Of a stretch of 64,000 bases of DNA, positions 36,634-48,821 are shown in pieces. Within the stretch, counting starts at the first letter, position 1. Each line of letters opens with the position of its first letter. Under the pieces are notes generated by a model. That model made no database searches and was not told where the DNA came from. It was given only the letters and a program-made list of their open reading frames with translations. The stretch lies in contig NC_058374.1 of the NCBI RefSeq assembly GCF_018350175.1, positions 83,328,001 through 83,392,000 of the forward strand. Direction: 5' to 3'. The position numbers and the translations under genes were made by a program. Origin of the DNA: Felis catus. Taxonomy: Eukaryota.

Positions 36634-38487
36634 CTAAATAAAAACCACACTTTGTGCCGAACAATGGAATATAAAAGAATCAGATGTACAACGATTTTAG
36701 ACATCTACTATTTGGGAAAAGAAGTTTACAAAATATACAAAACTTTACAGCAATAGATAGTAAACACTTAAATATTAGGAGGTCAGTACTTATTAATTTA
36801 ATGGAAGGAAGTTAGACGTCAACAACTCTTCTTGGTTTCGTAAGAGACTTTCGCTAGCAGAGGTGGGAGGGGAGGGCAGACTGGACAGGGGGAGGGGTGT
36901 TAAAGAAACATCGAAATCAAAACAGTTTCATTTCCATTCGGGTGTTCAGCTTACGATGCGTGATCACAATGAAATCAATGCTGTGTGCCTGTGCTTCCTG
37001 ACTCACTCAGTGCAGGACTGAGGCAAAAGGATGTGTGGGGACCTCCAGATGGGCAGACTTCTCCACACAGCCCACTCCCGTGCCAACAAAATCAGTGTCC
37101 ATCTATAAAAGGATTTGAATTTGCTTCCAAAGATGAGTAGTCTCAAGAATAGGGCACAGCAAGAGGCCAGAAAACAAAGAGTATTCATCAGTAGCAAAAC
37201 CTGACTGGGGAGAAGGTATTTAAGCCCAAAGGTTTGTCCTGGAGACCAAGGGATGCTGAACAGAAAGGAAGAAAGTCAAAAAGAACTTTTACCCATTTCC
37301 TGGTTCTTAGAGGTCACGTGGGCCCAACTCCCACCTCTTTTTTTTCCGCTAGCCATGAACTATAGAGACTCCCTGGGGCCTTAAAATTTAGGACCAAATA
37401 CTAAAATACAGCAGCGCTTCTCAGCAGGTGCTGTGGCCATCAGTGAGCCATCACTGAGTCACAGGAGAAGCAGGATACAGATCCCCTCCTCTGGCCACAA
37501 GCAGCCTCTGCTGTTTCTTCCAATGTGCCATACAAGTATTACCTTTTTCCCTTAAGAAACAGGTTGGGAATAGCCTCATGCCTGGTTTAATGCTCTACAG
37601 TCGCCATCTCGAAATTCTTCATTTTTAAACAAAGGGCTCTGCAAATTACGTAGCTCGTCCTGAGTCAGAACAAGAAAAAGGAAAAAGGGAGAAAAAAAAA
37701 GACATTCAGGGGTCAAAGAGAACCTCAGAACAATACAGCAGACTGCTAAACTGGGCTCCAAGGTGGGGAAGGGGGGGCAGTGGGGAAGGGGGGGCATGGG
37801 GGCAACAAAATCAAATGAACAGAAGGTTGAAAAAAAATTAAAAAACTCAAAAGAAAATGAATACCTTCAACCAGGTATCCCAGATGCCCTCTGCCACAAT
37901 AGAGAGTTTCAAGTAAAACAGTTCAGAAAAGAGTGAGCTGGAGGCAGCAAACATGACTCCAAACAGAGGGAGGGGTCAGGTGTGAATATGGGGACAAGCA
38001 GAGGAACAGGGTTTGGTCAGTGAGCCTCATGAGCTACTGACCCTGCTACATGTCTAACTGCAACCAACCGGGCCACCCTGATCAACCACTTGACCTCAGG
38101 AGGATCAGGGAACGCAGTTTTTTGTTTAGTGTTTCAGGGGCAAAGTTTCAAGGATTTGCTTTTTGGTTTACTGGCAAAAAGGGAAAACTTCACAGTTTCA
38201 GGTTAAGTATACAGACTACCCAGCATCCACGATGCCCTCCGTTAAGGAAAAGGGTTTCTCCAGCACACTGATCCATTCTCAGCTACCTGGCTGGGTTCCA
38301 GTAAGTACCACCTCTCTCAAATCTGACCATTCAAAAATCAGTACTCATCAAGAGTCTGGAAATTACCCAGCCTTGAAAAGCTTAGCAGACACTAGATGGT
38401 AGCCTTTTGCACGTTCTCCTTAAATTTCTAATGGTCAGCATGGGGAAGAAAGGGAGAAGCCAACCAGGGGTGAAAAATCTCAGCACT

Positions 38488-38696
38488 GGGGCACCTGGGT
38501 GGCTCAGTCAGTTGAGCGTCCGGCTCTTGATCTCAGCTCCGGTCACGATCTCCCGGTTCGTGGGTTTGAGCCCCGCCTTGGGCTCTGTGCCGACAGCATG
38601 GAGACTGCTTGGGATTCTGTCTCTCCCTCTCGCTGCCCCTCCCCTGCTTGTACTGTACTCTCTCAAAATAAATAAACTTAAAAAAAAAAAAAAAAA
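38488..38696 (+). mobile_element. Can-SINE within the inferred ZBTB39 3'UTR
   Basis: TSD aaa(a/g)tctcagcact. Confidence 0.92.
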
Positions 38697-39609
38697 GTCT
38701 CAGCACTGCTCTCCTGACAAGAATGACCTGAGGCAACAGGTAACAAGTTGGGTTTAGATGGTGAAAAGTGGCCACTGTACAAATCTCTTCGTGTAACAGT
38801 CACCCCACCAGAGAGTCATGCACCCTAACTGGGAGGCTTTATCAACTTAGGGCTAGGGAGAGAGACAGCAAGTCCAACAAGGACGGAGCTTTGGCTTGCC
38901 TGTATATCTTAACATAGCTTCCCAAGTTTAGGAAGGATGAGAAAATGTGCAAAAAGGTCCTTCATATAACTTGTTACCCTCAACACAATCCCCAATCTAC
39001 TCAATCACAGGAAGAAAGAGGGATAAAAGGCCTAGGAATTTAATAGGCCCCAAATTTCTAGAACTTACATCCATTATCTAAAGGGTAATGCAAGAGACCA
39101 TGTGGAGAGAAAGAAAAGAATTTGCTTGTTTAAAGGCTTGACACCTTCTCCCCTATTCTAGCCCCTGTTTCCCAAATCTCTGGCCAGGATTGTCCCCTGG
39201 AATATGGCTACTTGCTGGAGAGAAACTCATTTTCCTGAAGTCACTAATCCAAAAGAGATGCTGGATAATATGTATATAAAAGCAAAAATAAATAAATATT
39301 ATTGTCCAAAAAGGCTCTGTGAGTGAATTAAAACCACTTGCTTGTGAAACAGCCCGGGTGCGGCTGAGTCCCACCAAGGGCAGTGTCAGGGCCTCGGCCA
39401 GGGACTCCCAGAGCTCGCCTGAGCAGGGTGAGGTAGTATGAGTTACTGAGGTGCTACCTTGTGAATATGCGAGATCCGAGGGCCCTCTCCCTCAAGCCTT
39501 CTTTGGGCAGAAACCCCTCAAAAGCCACAGAACGGAGCCAACCAGCCCCAAGGACTGGGCAGACTCCATCACAGCCACCCAGGGAGGGCCTAAACCAGCT
39601 GCCCTCCAA

Positions 39610-39628
39610 TAGCGCCCCCTGGTGGCAA
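39610..39628 (-). promoter_or_regulatory. CTCF site TTGCCACCAGGGGGCGCTA
   Basis: Near-perfect 19-bp match to the canonical CTCF motif. Confidence 0.75.
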
Positions 39629-40806
39629 TGCAATGACAGATCAGGATAAATTCCAGCAGGTCAAAGGTGAGCTGCCAAGGCTCCCGGCCAGTTAGTGTAC
39701 AAAGTAAACAACGGGTTACCCGACTGGGACAGACAGAGCGCACATCCCGCTACACACCACGTTACCCAGGTCCCTTCAATCCTGAAGGGCTCACAGTCCA
39801 TCACTCTGCCACCTCATGGGGTCTTCTCATCTACACCACAGGTCAAACACACTTCTAGGTGGGAGACTGGATGTAAATTAAGGCAAGGCTGCTGCTGTCA
39901 GAGACATCCCCACCTCTCCACCAGGAAACTCAAGCTCGACGGAGGCCGCCAGATGACAGGTGACTGTATCAAAGTGGCTCCTTGTCCTCTTTACCCCACA
40001 GGGAAGGCCTAGCAACCTGGGCTATAACTCCATAAAACCGTATTTCTTTGGAATTGAGGAGAAAGGAGAAACCTCCCTTCCTGTCCATCCCGGCTGCCAC
40101 TTCTGGCGGCACCGCAGGCCACCTCTTCTGACTGGCAAGGATTCATCCCAAAGCGTTCTGACCTAAATAGAAAGCTTTGTCCCCAGTTTGGATCTAGCTG
40201 CCAAAAGATTTTACTGTCCCATCAGCAGATTAGAGTGTCGCAACAAGCAGGCACCTCCATCCCATCTGCCTTTTCCCTGCTGAGGGCTGGGCCGGGAACC
40301 TGAGGTGAGCCGCCCTGCTGACTAGTCTTTTCCGAACGACCACATTTCCAAAATCTCTCTCACAGCTGGGCGTCCCAGTTGGAAATCTGGTACTAACACC
40401 CACAGTGAAAAGCCCTCTCTCCACCTCCTCTGTTCAGTGAGGCCGTTGGTTGGATTGTTAGCAGCATAAAACCTATCAGTAAACTAAAACTTGAGAGGCT
40501 CGGAGAGGGGATCTAGTTGACGCCAACTGCCTGACCAGATCCCCAAACCGGCCTCAAAAGAATCAAAAAACACAGCCCTTCCTGGGCAAGAACAGGTAAG
40601 GAGGTAAACATGATAGGGCCGTCGCTTCTCAAATACAGTAACAGCTCGTGTGCTCTTTCTTCTTCTTTTCTTCTTTAAACACAGGACAGAACAGAATTCC
40701 TAGCAAGGCCAAACTGAAACTCCGGCTGGAGAGGGACCAACAGCCACTAGAAAATCAACGTCCTGGCTGCCGCCTGGGAGCTCCCCCTAGCTCCGCTGGG
40801 ACCCAG

Positions 40807-42942
40807 TCAGCTGTCCGGGTTCTTTTCTGCCTCTTTGGAATGGATAATGTACATGAAGGTCTGTTCGATGGTGAAGTCGGGCGGGAGGCTGCCTTTGTGC
40901 ACGCCGACATGCTTGCTCATGAGGTTAAGGGTGGAGCTGTAGTGGCCACAGACCGTGCAGCGGTACATGAGGGCCCCCGAGTGCGTCTTCAGGTGGCACT
41001 TGATGGTCGAGCGGCCTCGGAAGAACTTGTGGCACACCTTACACTGGTACGGCTTCTCGCCCGTGTGGATCCGCCGGTGGTAGTTGAACTCGCTTGTGTG
41101 GGCGAACCTTTTGCCACAGACCTTGCAGCTATACTTGCTGTTCCCAGCTTGGCCCTGCAGAGCCAGCTCCTCACTCAGGAACTCCTCCGCGGGCAGCTTC
41201 CGCTTCTGGAGAGCTGGGTGCTGCAGCCCAAAGCCAGGCCGGGCGTCAAGGCCACTGTTGCACTTGTGCTGGCTGACATGGTAGCGATAGGCGGCCTCCG
41301 ACTTAAAGCTCTGGCTGCACAAGTGGCAGCGGAAGAGGGCGTCTTCCAGGCTTTGGTGCACGGCCATGTGCTTCTCTAGGAGATGCCAGTCCACAAAGCT
41401 GTTCGCACAGACAGAGCAGGAGAAGACTGAAATGCCGAGATGGGACAGCGTGTGCCACATGAGGCTGCAGAGGTTGAGGTGGCGCTGGTCACAGACGCTA
41501 CAGGCCTGGCCCTTCAGGTTTAGATGGTCCAGGATGTGCCCCCGGACCACGTGGAAATCTTTGGCCAGTGCCTTCCCACAGGCAGCGCATTTCAACTCCG
41601 TGGAGGCTGTCCCTGAAAACAAACCCAGCTTCCCAGACAGGGGATCGTTGGGGTGGACAATAATGTTGTTCTCAAATATCCCGTCCCGTCGGTGGAGGGT
41701 CAGCTGCCACTGCGTAAAGAATTTAGTTTCACACATGTCGCAGGAGAAGAGGAAAATACCAATGTGGGACAGGACGTGGGTCACCCGGGAGTTTCGGTCC
41801 TGGAAGTGGGTCTCACAGACCTTGCAGTTGCCTGTCAGCAGGTCCACGTGGTCCCGAGCATGCTGTCGGATCAGCTGAATGTTGGGCTCTAGAACTTTCT
41901 TGCACACCTGGCAGGGCATGGCCTTATTCTCTCGGCTGTCACTCTCTCCAAAAGTCAGCTCATCCTCACTGTCGTCACTCAACTCGATCACCTCCTCGGC
42001 CGTGCCTGTCTCCTCAGTGGGGTCTTCAAACGGCAAGTCACCATCCCCCAGGTCCTCCAGCTGGAGCTCATCCATCTGCCCAAAGCCTGGATCTTTGGAG
42101 TGGTCGCTATTGCTCAGACAGGAGTTGGTCCCAGTGGTCATGTCAATTGCATTGTCAGTGGTGAAGAAACTGTTTTTACTGAAGTCTCCATTGCTCTGAA
42201 CTTTGTATGGCTGGCAGCAGCTGGTGCTGGTTTGGATGCCCATGCTGACAGTGCCTAGGCCTGGCGGAGTGGCCATCCTGGGGACGGAAGTGAAAGGAGC
42301 AGGAGTATCATGGTCTTCTGTCTTTGGCGGCAGTGGCTGCTGTGGCAGAGGCAGGCTATGGTTAGTGTCACCGGTAACATTTCTCTCTTCGTCTTTACAG
42401 CTTCCTCCAGCATCACTAGATAACACGTAGTTCCTATCAGGACCGAAGTGCTCCCCACCAGCCCGGAGGTCTCCAAGGGGATAGGTAGGTTCTGCCGAGC
42501 TACAACTCTGGGCGCCAGAGTGGCTCTCACTGGCGCCGGTCAGGGGCTTGGCCACGGCCGTGCTCTCCAGGTCAGGAAAGGTGGAGTGGCAGGCCCGAAG
42601 GAGATCCTCCATACCCAGGCGCTCGGCCACCTCGTAGATGACCCCAACATTGATCAGGTCTGTGAAGAGCTCTGATGTGTAGACAAAGCTCAGAATCTTC
42701 TCAAAGTTGGCAGGGGTGATGAAGTCCACCACGTAGGTCCTGGCGGCATCGAGCCCAGTGTTCAGGAAGAGGTTCTGGAAGTAGCCAGCTGCACAGGCCA
42801 GCACGGCTTTGTGGGCCGGGAAGGAGCGGCTCCCCACCACAATGGTGACATCGCACATGGTCTCCGAGAGCCGGCACTTGTTGAGTTCCTTCAGCAGGTT
42901 GTTGGGGTGGTTGGTGCTTTGCAGTTTGATCCTCATGCCCAT
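40807..42942 (-). CDS. ZBTB39: ZBTB39, BTB/POZ plus C2H2 zinc-finger protein, 711 aa, single coding exon
   Basis: MGMRIKLQSTNHPNNLLKELNKCRLSETMCDVTIVVGSRSFPAHKAVL (BTB); multiple CxxC..HxxxH fingers; HTGEKPY linker; acceptor at 42988-42987. Confidence 0.98.
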   Translation of the reverse strand: MGMRIKLQSTNHPNNLLKELNKCRLSETMCDVTIVVGSRSFPAHKAVLACAAGYFQNLFLNTGLDAARTYVVDFITPANFEKILSFVYTSELFTDLINVGVIYEVAERLGMEDLLRACHSTFPDLESTAVAKPLTGASESHSGAQSCSSAEPTYPLGDLRAGGEHFGPDRNYVLSSDAGGSCKDEERNVTGDTNHSLPLPQQPLPPKTEDHDTPAPFTSVPRMATPPGLGTVSMGIQTSTSCCQPYKVQSNGDFSKNSFFTTDNAIDMTTGTNSCLSNSDHSKDPGFGQMDELQLEDLGDGDLPFEDPTEETGTAEEVIELSDDSEDELTFGESDSRENKAMPCQVCKKVLEPNIQLIRQHARDHVDLLTGNCKVCETHFQDRNSRVTHVLSHIGIFLFSCDMCETKFFTQWQLTLHRRDGIFENNIIVHPNDPLSGKLGLFSGTASTELKCAACGKALAKDFHVVRGHILDHLNLKGQACSVCDQRHLNLCSLMWHTLSHLGISVFSCSVCANSFVDWHLLEKHMAVHQSLEDALFRCHLCSQSFKSEAAYRYHVSQHKCNSGLDARPGFGLQHPALQKRKLPAEEFLSEELALQGQAGNSKYSCKVCGKRFAHTSEFNYHRRIHTGEKPYQCKVCHKFFRGRSTIKCHLKTHSGALMYRCTVCGHYSSTLNLMSKHVGVHKGSLPPDFTIEQTFMYIIHSKEAEKNPDS

Positions 42943-44229
42943 CTTAGCAGCTCCTGTGAAGTTGCCTCTGTATCAGCACGGTTCACCTACGGACAGCAAA
43001 AGGAAGAGATGGATGGCCACACACATCCCTGCAGGCGAGGAGCTCTGCGGAAGAAAATACCGCCCGTCTGAGTGTTTCCAAGCCCTGGGTGGAGAAGAGC
43101 AGGAGAAAATGGACGTGGAGAGCTGGTCTATGCTGCTGGGCGCAATGACGGGACAATGACCCCTCTCCCTGCATAGTCACAGAGTCGTCCTAACAAAATC
43201 CAAAAGTATTGAAAAAAACCTGACAGCTTGGTCTTTAAGAGTCAGTAAGAGAGGTTGTAGGCCTGGTTGGACAGGAGCTAGTGCCTCAGAGCCAAGCCAG
43301 AGGCACCCTCTCAGACACCGTTTTTATTTCATTACCAGAGCCACGGCTCAGATTTTACTCATATTAATTTTCTAATTTCTTCCTGAATACAAGCTTTCCT
43401 ATCTCATTGAGTACATTCACTTCTCTTACAATTGCCAAATGCCATATACATCTTGGGACACAATTACCAAAGCTCCATTAGCCACTGAGGGCAAGATAAG
43501 GTTGCTCTTTTAGTTTCCTATCAATGCTGTGTCTTTTCAGTCCAATAAACCTCTTGCTCATTCACGAGTTCCCATCTCTCCCTGCTACCTGCCTACTCTC
43601 TTGTCTCGCCATAGCCCAGAGCCATCCAGATAGTGTTCTGTCACCTTCTCTGTATGCTGTGGATGAAGCTAAAGCACTCAGGACCCAAAGAAATAAAGCA
43701 AAGTAGAATACACTGTGGTATTTACTCTTACTTAAATATGTTTTTTTTTTTTTTTTCCTTTTACCACCCTCTTTGGGACTTATGCATACGCTGACCAGAA
43801 CTACCAGATTTTTACTTGATGCTCTAAGAAGGCATCTAATTACATAGGTAAGACTCCTAAAGGCTTCCCAGATTCCACTTTTCCCCCTTTCGAGTACTGC
43901 ATGCCTAAGGAAGACAAGCTAGCTACATTCTCCTTCAGTCTCACCACTCGCCCCGCGCGACACAGCCCCTTTCTCCACCTCACCACCTCCTACTAACTCC
44001 CAACTTTTGCTGGGGTCCAAGAAGCTTCTGCGCATTGCTGGGATACCAGTCAAGCATCTCCCGGGCCCTGGTGGCCACACACCAGGTCGGGGCACCGGAA
44101 AGCCTGAGTCGGGGGGTGGGAGGGAGGCAGACTGGGAACTTCCGAGAAGGCACCCCAACAATCTCGTGGCGCCGCAGTCTCCCCTCTGGAGGGTCGAATC
44201 CAGGAAGAAGGGCGTTGGATCGGGCGAGG

Positions 44230-44935
44230 GTGCTCCAATCTGGGGGCCACCGAGCACCTCGGTCCCTCCTCAAACGGCGGGGGATCCCCCGGAGCGCCTC
44301 CGGACGGGGGCCGGGGCGCCGGGCCGGACGGGATAGAAGGGATGGGCGGCGGGACCGGCCGGGGTCGGCGCGCGGCCGGGAATGATGGGTCCGGCCCAGG
44401 GGAGCCGGCAGGAGGGAGCCCAGCAAGAGCGAGAGAAGGGCCGGGAGGGGGGTCGGGCCTCGGCCAGGGGCAGCCCTCGGCCCGGCCGCGCTTACCCGGC
44501 TCCGCGGGGCCCGAGCACCATCGCCACCGCCGCCTCACACAAAGGCCCCGGCCCGCCGTGCCCGGCCCGACGAGGAGGCGGCGCCGCCGGCCGCGGCCAG
44601 ACTCTCCATCCGCCGCGCCGCTCGCCGCGCCGGCCCGGGCCGCCCCCGCCGCCCGGCCCGCAGCGCCCCCCGCCGTCCCGGAGGAGGCAGCGCCCCCCGC
44701 CGCTTGGTCGCAGCGCCCCCAGCCGCCCGGGAGGAGGCAGCGCCCCCCCACGGCGGGGCCGGGCGCCAGGTGGACGGGGCCGGAGCCGCCAAGACTCCGT
44801 CCGCCCCCAGCAGCCGGCCGGCCGGCAGGGCCCCCGCGCGCCGCGGGACCCCTGCCCAGGCCTCACCTCCCGCCCCCGCGCGGCCCTGGGACCGCGGGCC
44901 CGGCCGCGGCGCGAGCAGCTGCGGGGAAGTTTCCA
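44230..44935 (-). promoter_or_regulatory. ZBTB39: CpG island promoter and non-coding exon 1 of ZBTB39 (donor GG|GTAAG, exon ends 44496)
   Basis: Very GC- and CpG-rich with GC boxes; consensus donor on the minus strand. Confidence 0.88.
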
Positions 44936-45441
44936 ACTCCCTTGATCCTGGTTTTTCTGAAATGTTCTGATCTACCAGGTGGAGGACCATTCCCTCCTCG
45001 CCCTGGGACCCGGATAAGTGAAAAACCCTATCCCGACTCTACACTCATCCTCTACCCTGACCTAGGTCTCCTAGTCCCAGAAGCTTCTCAAAACTTCCAC
45101 TATTGTGGTTTTGCAAAAAAGAGGGGGGAAAGTGAGATTATTTGATTAATTTATAGTCTCCATTAGGCTGTGAGCTAGCTAGGCTGAGAGCTTCCTGAAG
45201 TCAGGGATCTTTCTTTCTCGAGAACTACTCAATGCAGTGCTTACCACATACTTCCTGGTCCTTATGATTGGTGCTTAATAAAGCCTGCTTGACTGAATGA
45301 ACTTGAGGGCTGGGCCCCTGGTACACGCTCTTCTGAAAATTCGAGGATGCCCCTCCTCCCACCTAGGGGCCAAAGGACCGAATTTACAGGATCCCACTCC
45401 ACCTTGGGAGCCCAAGCCTGTTTCCTGCAGTCTGTCCTCCC

Positions 45442-45966
45442 TGAAGGCGAGCAGAATTTGCCACCCCAAATATGCCTTTTTGGCATAAGGATTATTTTAG
45501 ATCGCTTATTTTTAAGAAACGGCAGGCACAGGAGAAGCTCTGAAAGCAGAATAGAAATTACATTTATAAGGGAAATCTCCGTTTGTAAGGGTGTCTCCCT
45601 CTCTGTACGAGGAAGAGAAAATGACTAAATCTCCAGAAACTCTTATCAATGGAGAAGGCAAGACTTAAATCTGCCTAACAACCATACCCTTATTTACCAT
45701 GCTGGACCTGAAAACCCTCCATAACTGGCTCTCTACCCCCAGTATATTCTTTGGTCTTTAGCTAGAGATGGTATTTAAGGTGACGGCTTAGGCCATTTTA
45801 GGGAGTGACTCTGTTTTCCTGGACATCTCCCATGTATACAGGAGGTATACTGTTGAGGCTACTCAACTTCTGTTTGTTTTTCTCCTGTTAATCAGTCTTT
45901 TATTATAGGGTGGTCTCAGCCAAGAACTTGGAAGGGTTGAGGGAAAATTATTGTTCTTCCATTATA
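45442..45966 (+). mobile_element. MER34A-like ERV1 solo LTR
   Basis: Start tgaaggcgagcagaatttgccaccccaaatatgcctttttggcataaggattatttt; end aagggttgagggaaaattattgttcttcc. Confidence 0.8.
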
Positions 45967-46867
45967 TCTTCAACTGTTTCTAGAGTTCAGTTGTGCTGCT
46001 TCTATCCACTCGTTTCCCTTAGCACTGCATCTACCCTCCAAATCCTCTCCTCAGATGCCCCTGCCCCCAAATTGTCATCAAACCAAAACTCCCTGCCCTC
46101 CCTGCCACCGCCCCTCCACCACCATTACCACCGAAGACATTAGCGGTCATGGGCATCCCATCCTCTCCCCTCAATACATAGGAACCCCTCAGGCTCTGGG
46201 ACCCTTCTCTTTCAGCCTCTCTCCCAGCACATTCTGTCCACTGCCAGATGATGGAAAGCGGCCAGGCACAACCCCCCCAGAGCAGGCGCACGGTAGAGTT
46301 CAGTAATTCCTCCATGGGTGAATGGGAAGAGGAGGATGCGCTGGAAGTTGCCAAGTGATCGAAGACAGTTTGGCTATTCAGTAACCATCAGTTATCTTGA
46401 CGCATGTGGGAGATTGGGTGTCCCCCGTTCCACAACCTCACTAACTGGTGTTAGATTATACCAAAAGCAAGTGTTCTACCAAATGACGCCAATCATGTAA
46501 TATCTATTAGCAAGGAGATACAAAAACGGTCATAGGACCCTCTTGTAGTTTGGGGGGCAGACAATCCCACTTAGCTCTCTCACGAAAGGGTCACTTGGAA
46601 GCTGATACACGTTCCAGTGGCAGGCCAACCCCCACAGTTGGACGAGGTGACCGAGTGTGCCCCTAAAGTGGACCCTCACACAACTGATAGACTCCACACC
46701 TCCAGCATGACTCTGAGACGTTAGGTTGCAAAAGTCTGGGGCCTCTTCAAGCTTCCTAACCAAATGCCTTAACTATCTCTGGGGGAGTGTTGACCCTGGT
46801 AAATGTACTTCACGAGCTAAGAAACCACCCTAAAGGTGTAGATTAAAGTTTATACTGTTTATAGTTG

Positions 46868-47095
46868 TGATATTGTAATTTATAATAAGAAATATATATA
46901 TTTTATTTCATTACCGGAGCCTGTAGGTCAGAACACAGGTAACAACCTGGACATGAGAGGGCATCCCAAGCAAGAGGCAGTCTCAGTGCCTCAGAGCTCT
47001 TAACCTGTGGAATCTGATATTATCTTTGGGTTGACAGTGTCAGAGCACTGCTTGTTAGTGTGGCGAAACCACACCTCCACACACGTTGGAATTAG
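46868..47095 (+). mobile_element. Internally deleted MER21-like LTR
   Basis: tgtgatattgtaatttataataagaaatatatat start joined to a MER21 3' part (ggtaacaacctgg..cttaacctgtggaatctga). Confidence 0.6.
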
Positions 47096-47152
47096 TCCAG
47101 AAACTTTAAGACTGAAATCTTTTTAAAGTAAAAATCACCATGCAATCCCAGT

Positions 47153-47154
<2 letters not shown>

Positions 47155-47196
<42 letters not shown>
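47155..47196. repeat. (CA)21 microsatellite
   Basis: Read directly. Confidence 0.97.
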
Positions 47197-47197
<1 letters not shown>

Positions 47198-48397
47198 CTA
47201 AGTGGAGAAGCCACAAATCCGGTCAAGGTCTTATTGGCCAGGTCTCCTTAGGCACCAACCTCTTTACAACAGGAAGAGGAGGGCCAGTATTCCTTCACAC
47301 GTTCTCCAAGTACAAAAACAGGAATCTGACTTAAAATTTGGCTTCCTTTTTCCTGGAATCCCAAGGACTGCAATTTTTGTCAGCCCCACCAGAGAGCAAC
47401 CTTTCTGCATTTATGCTCCTACTTGGCAAAGCACTGTGTCATCTCCGCACACACGCCCATCTCCCAAGTCTGAGCAGAAACAACTCTTGAAGCTTTCATG
47501 ACCTAAATAAATTCCCCAGACTCTGCAAAAGTTACCCCACTTTAAAACCTTCTAGATAAATCATTTTGAAAAGCCAACATGATGAGTCATTGAAGAAAGG
47601 CTTGAGGCTCTGGGGTAAGAACATTCTTTGACCTGTAGCAATAAACCTGACCTAAGGGATGCTGAGTTGAGCTTTCTCTCCTCCCCCATCCCCGCCGTTC
47701 AGCTGTGGGTCCAAAGTTGCCCCATTAAGGTTCTGGGAAGAGAGAACTTTCACTGGGGTGAAGGAACTGTAGGAAGCGACCTCTGGCTCCGTGGCCCTGT
47801 CTCTACACTGCCTTGGGGGAATGGAGCTAAAATACGGAGCCTGAGGATCTCCCAGACTGTTCCCTTAGGGTACAGAACACCTCCTTGGGATCCTTGGGCT
47901 TACATATTCTGTGGACTGCTAGACCAGTGCTACAGGGGCTGGTGTCAGTTGCATTGTAGAGGAGTCTGAGACAAATGTTTTCCCTTTATAATAACTGAAA
48001 TGGCCAGCTGACACTGAAGATACCTGCTCCCTTCTTTCTTGGCCTCCGTAGTAACTTCCCCATCCACACCCCATCCTGGCAAGACCAAGCGTTGTTTGCT
48101 TGTCCACCGCTGGCTCCACTGTAAACAATGTGTATAGGTCACCGTTACAGGATCCATGCTCGACATTTGGAGACAGAAAAATGGTACAATTCAATAGATG
48201 CATCCTCCTCTGTGGCTGGGTCCTTGCACAGCCTTGACCTCCCTCTCCTTCTCTAAGTAGAGTCAGATGCAGGGACTGATGTCTCCTAGGCTCATCCTAG
48301 AAATACAGACAAGCCATTGAGAATATATTTTTCCTTTATCTGAAGTTAGTCTGTGAAAGTCTTTGACCACCAGAAACCATCTTCCAAATTCATTCAT

Positions 48398-48604
48398 TTA
48401 TTATTTCTTAAATGTTTATTTATTTTTGAGAGAGAGAGAGAGAACATGAGCAGGGGAGAGGCAGAGAGAGAAAGGGAGCAGAGGATCCAAAGCAGGCTCT
48501 GTGCTGACAGCAGTGAGCCGGATGCAGGGCTGGAATTCATGAACCGTGAGATCATGACCTGAGCCGAAGTCAGACGCTCAACCAACTGAGCCACCCGGGC
48601 GCCC
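48398..48604 (-). mobile_element. Can-SINE
   Basis: Reverse head cacccgggcgccc, GA tract, T tail. Confidence 0.9.
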
Positions 48605-48821
48605 TTCATTTATTTTTTAATTACTAAATAAATCTTCCATACTAATTGTATGAAGCACTGCTGAAGGCACTGTTGGGAAAATTGATATGTGTGCCAAATA
48701 AAGATGTTTCCATTTATATATGATATATGTATGTGTGCATACATGTATGTGTATATTACGTAGCTCGAAGAGTCAAGGAAGAGAAAAACTCACCCACCAG
48801 CCAAATAAATACATCACTCTA

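Noticed and set aside
40648-41379. 243-aa plus-strand ORF
   Set aside because: Antisense shadow of the GC-rich ZBTB39 CDS; starts at a non-ATG codon; no recognisable domain.
44050-45145. Many overlapping 100-270 aa Pro/Arg/Gly/Ala-rich ORFs
   Set aside because: Expected from stop-codon scarcity in a CpG island.
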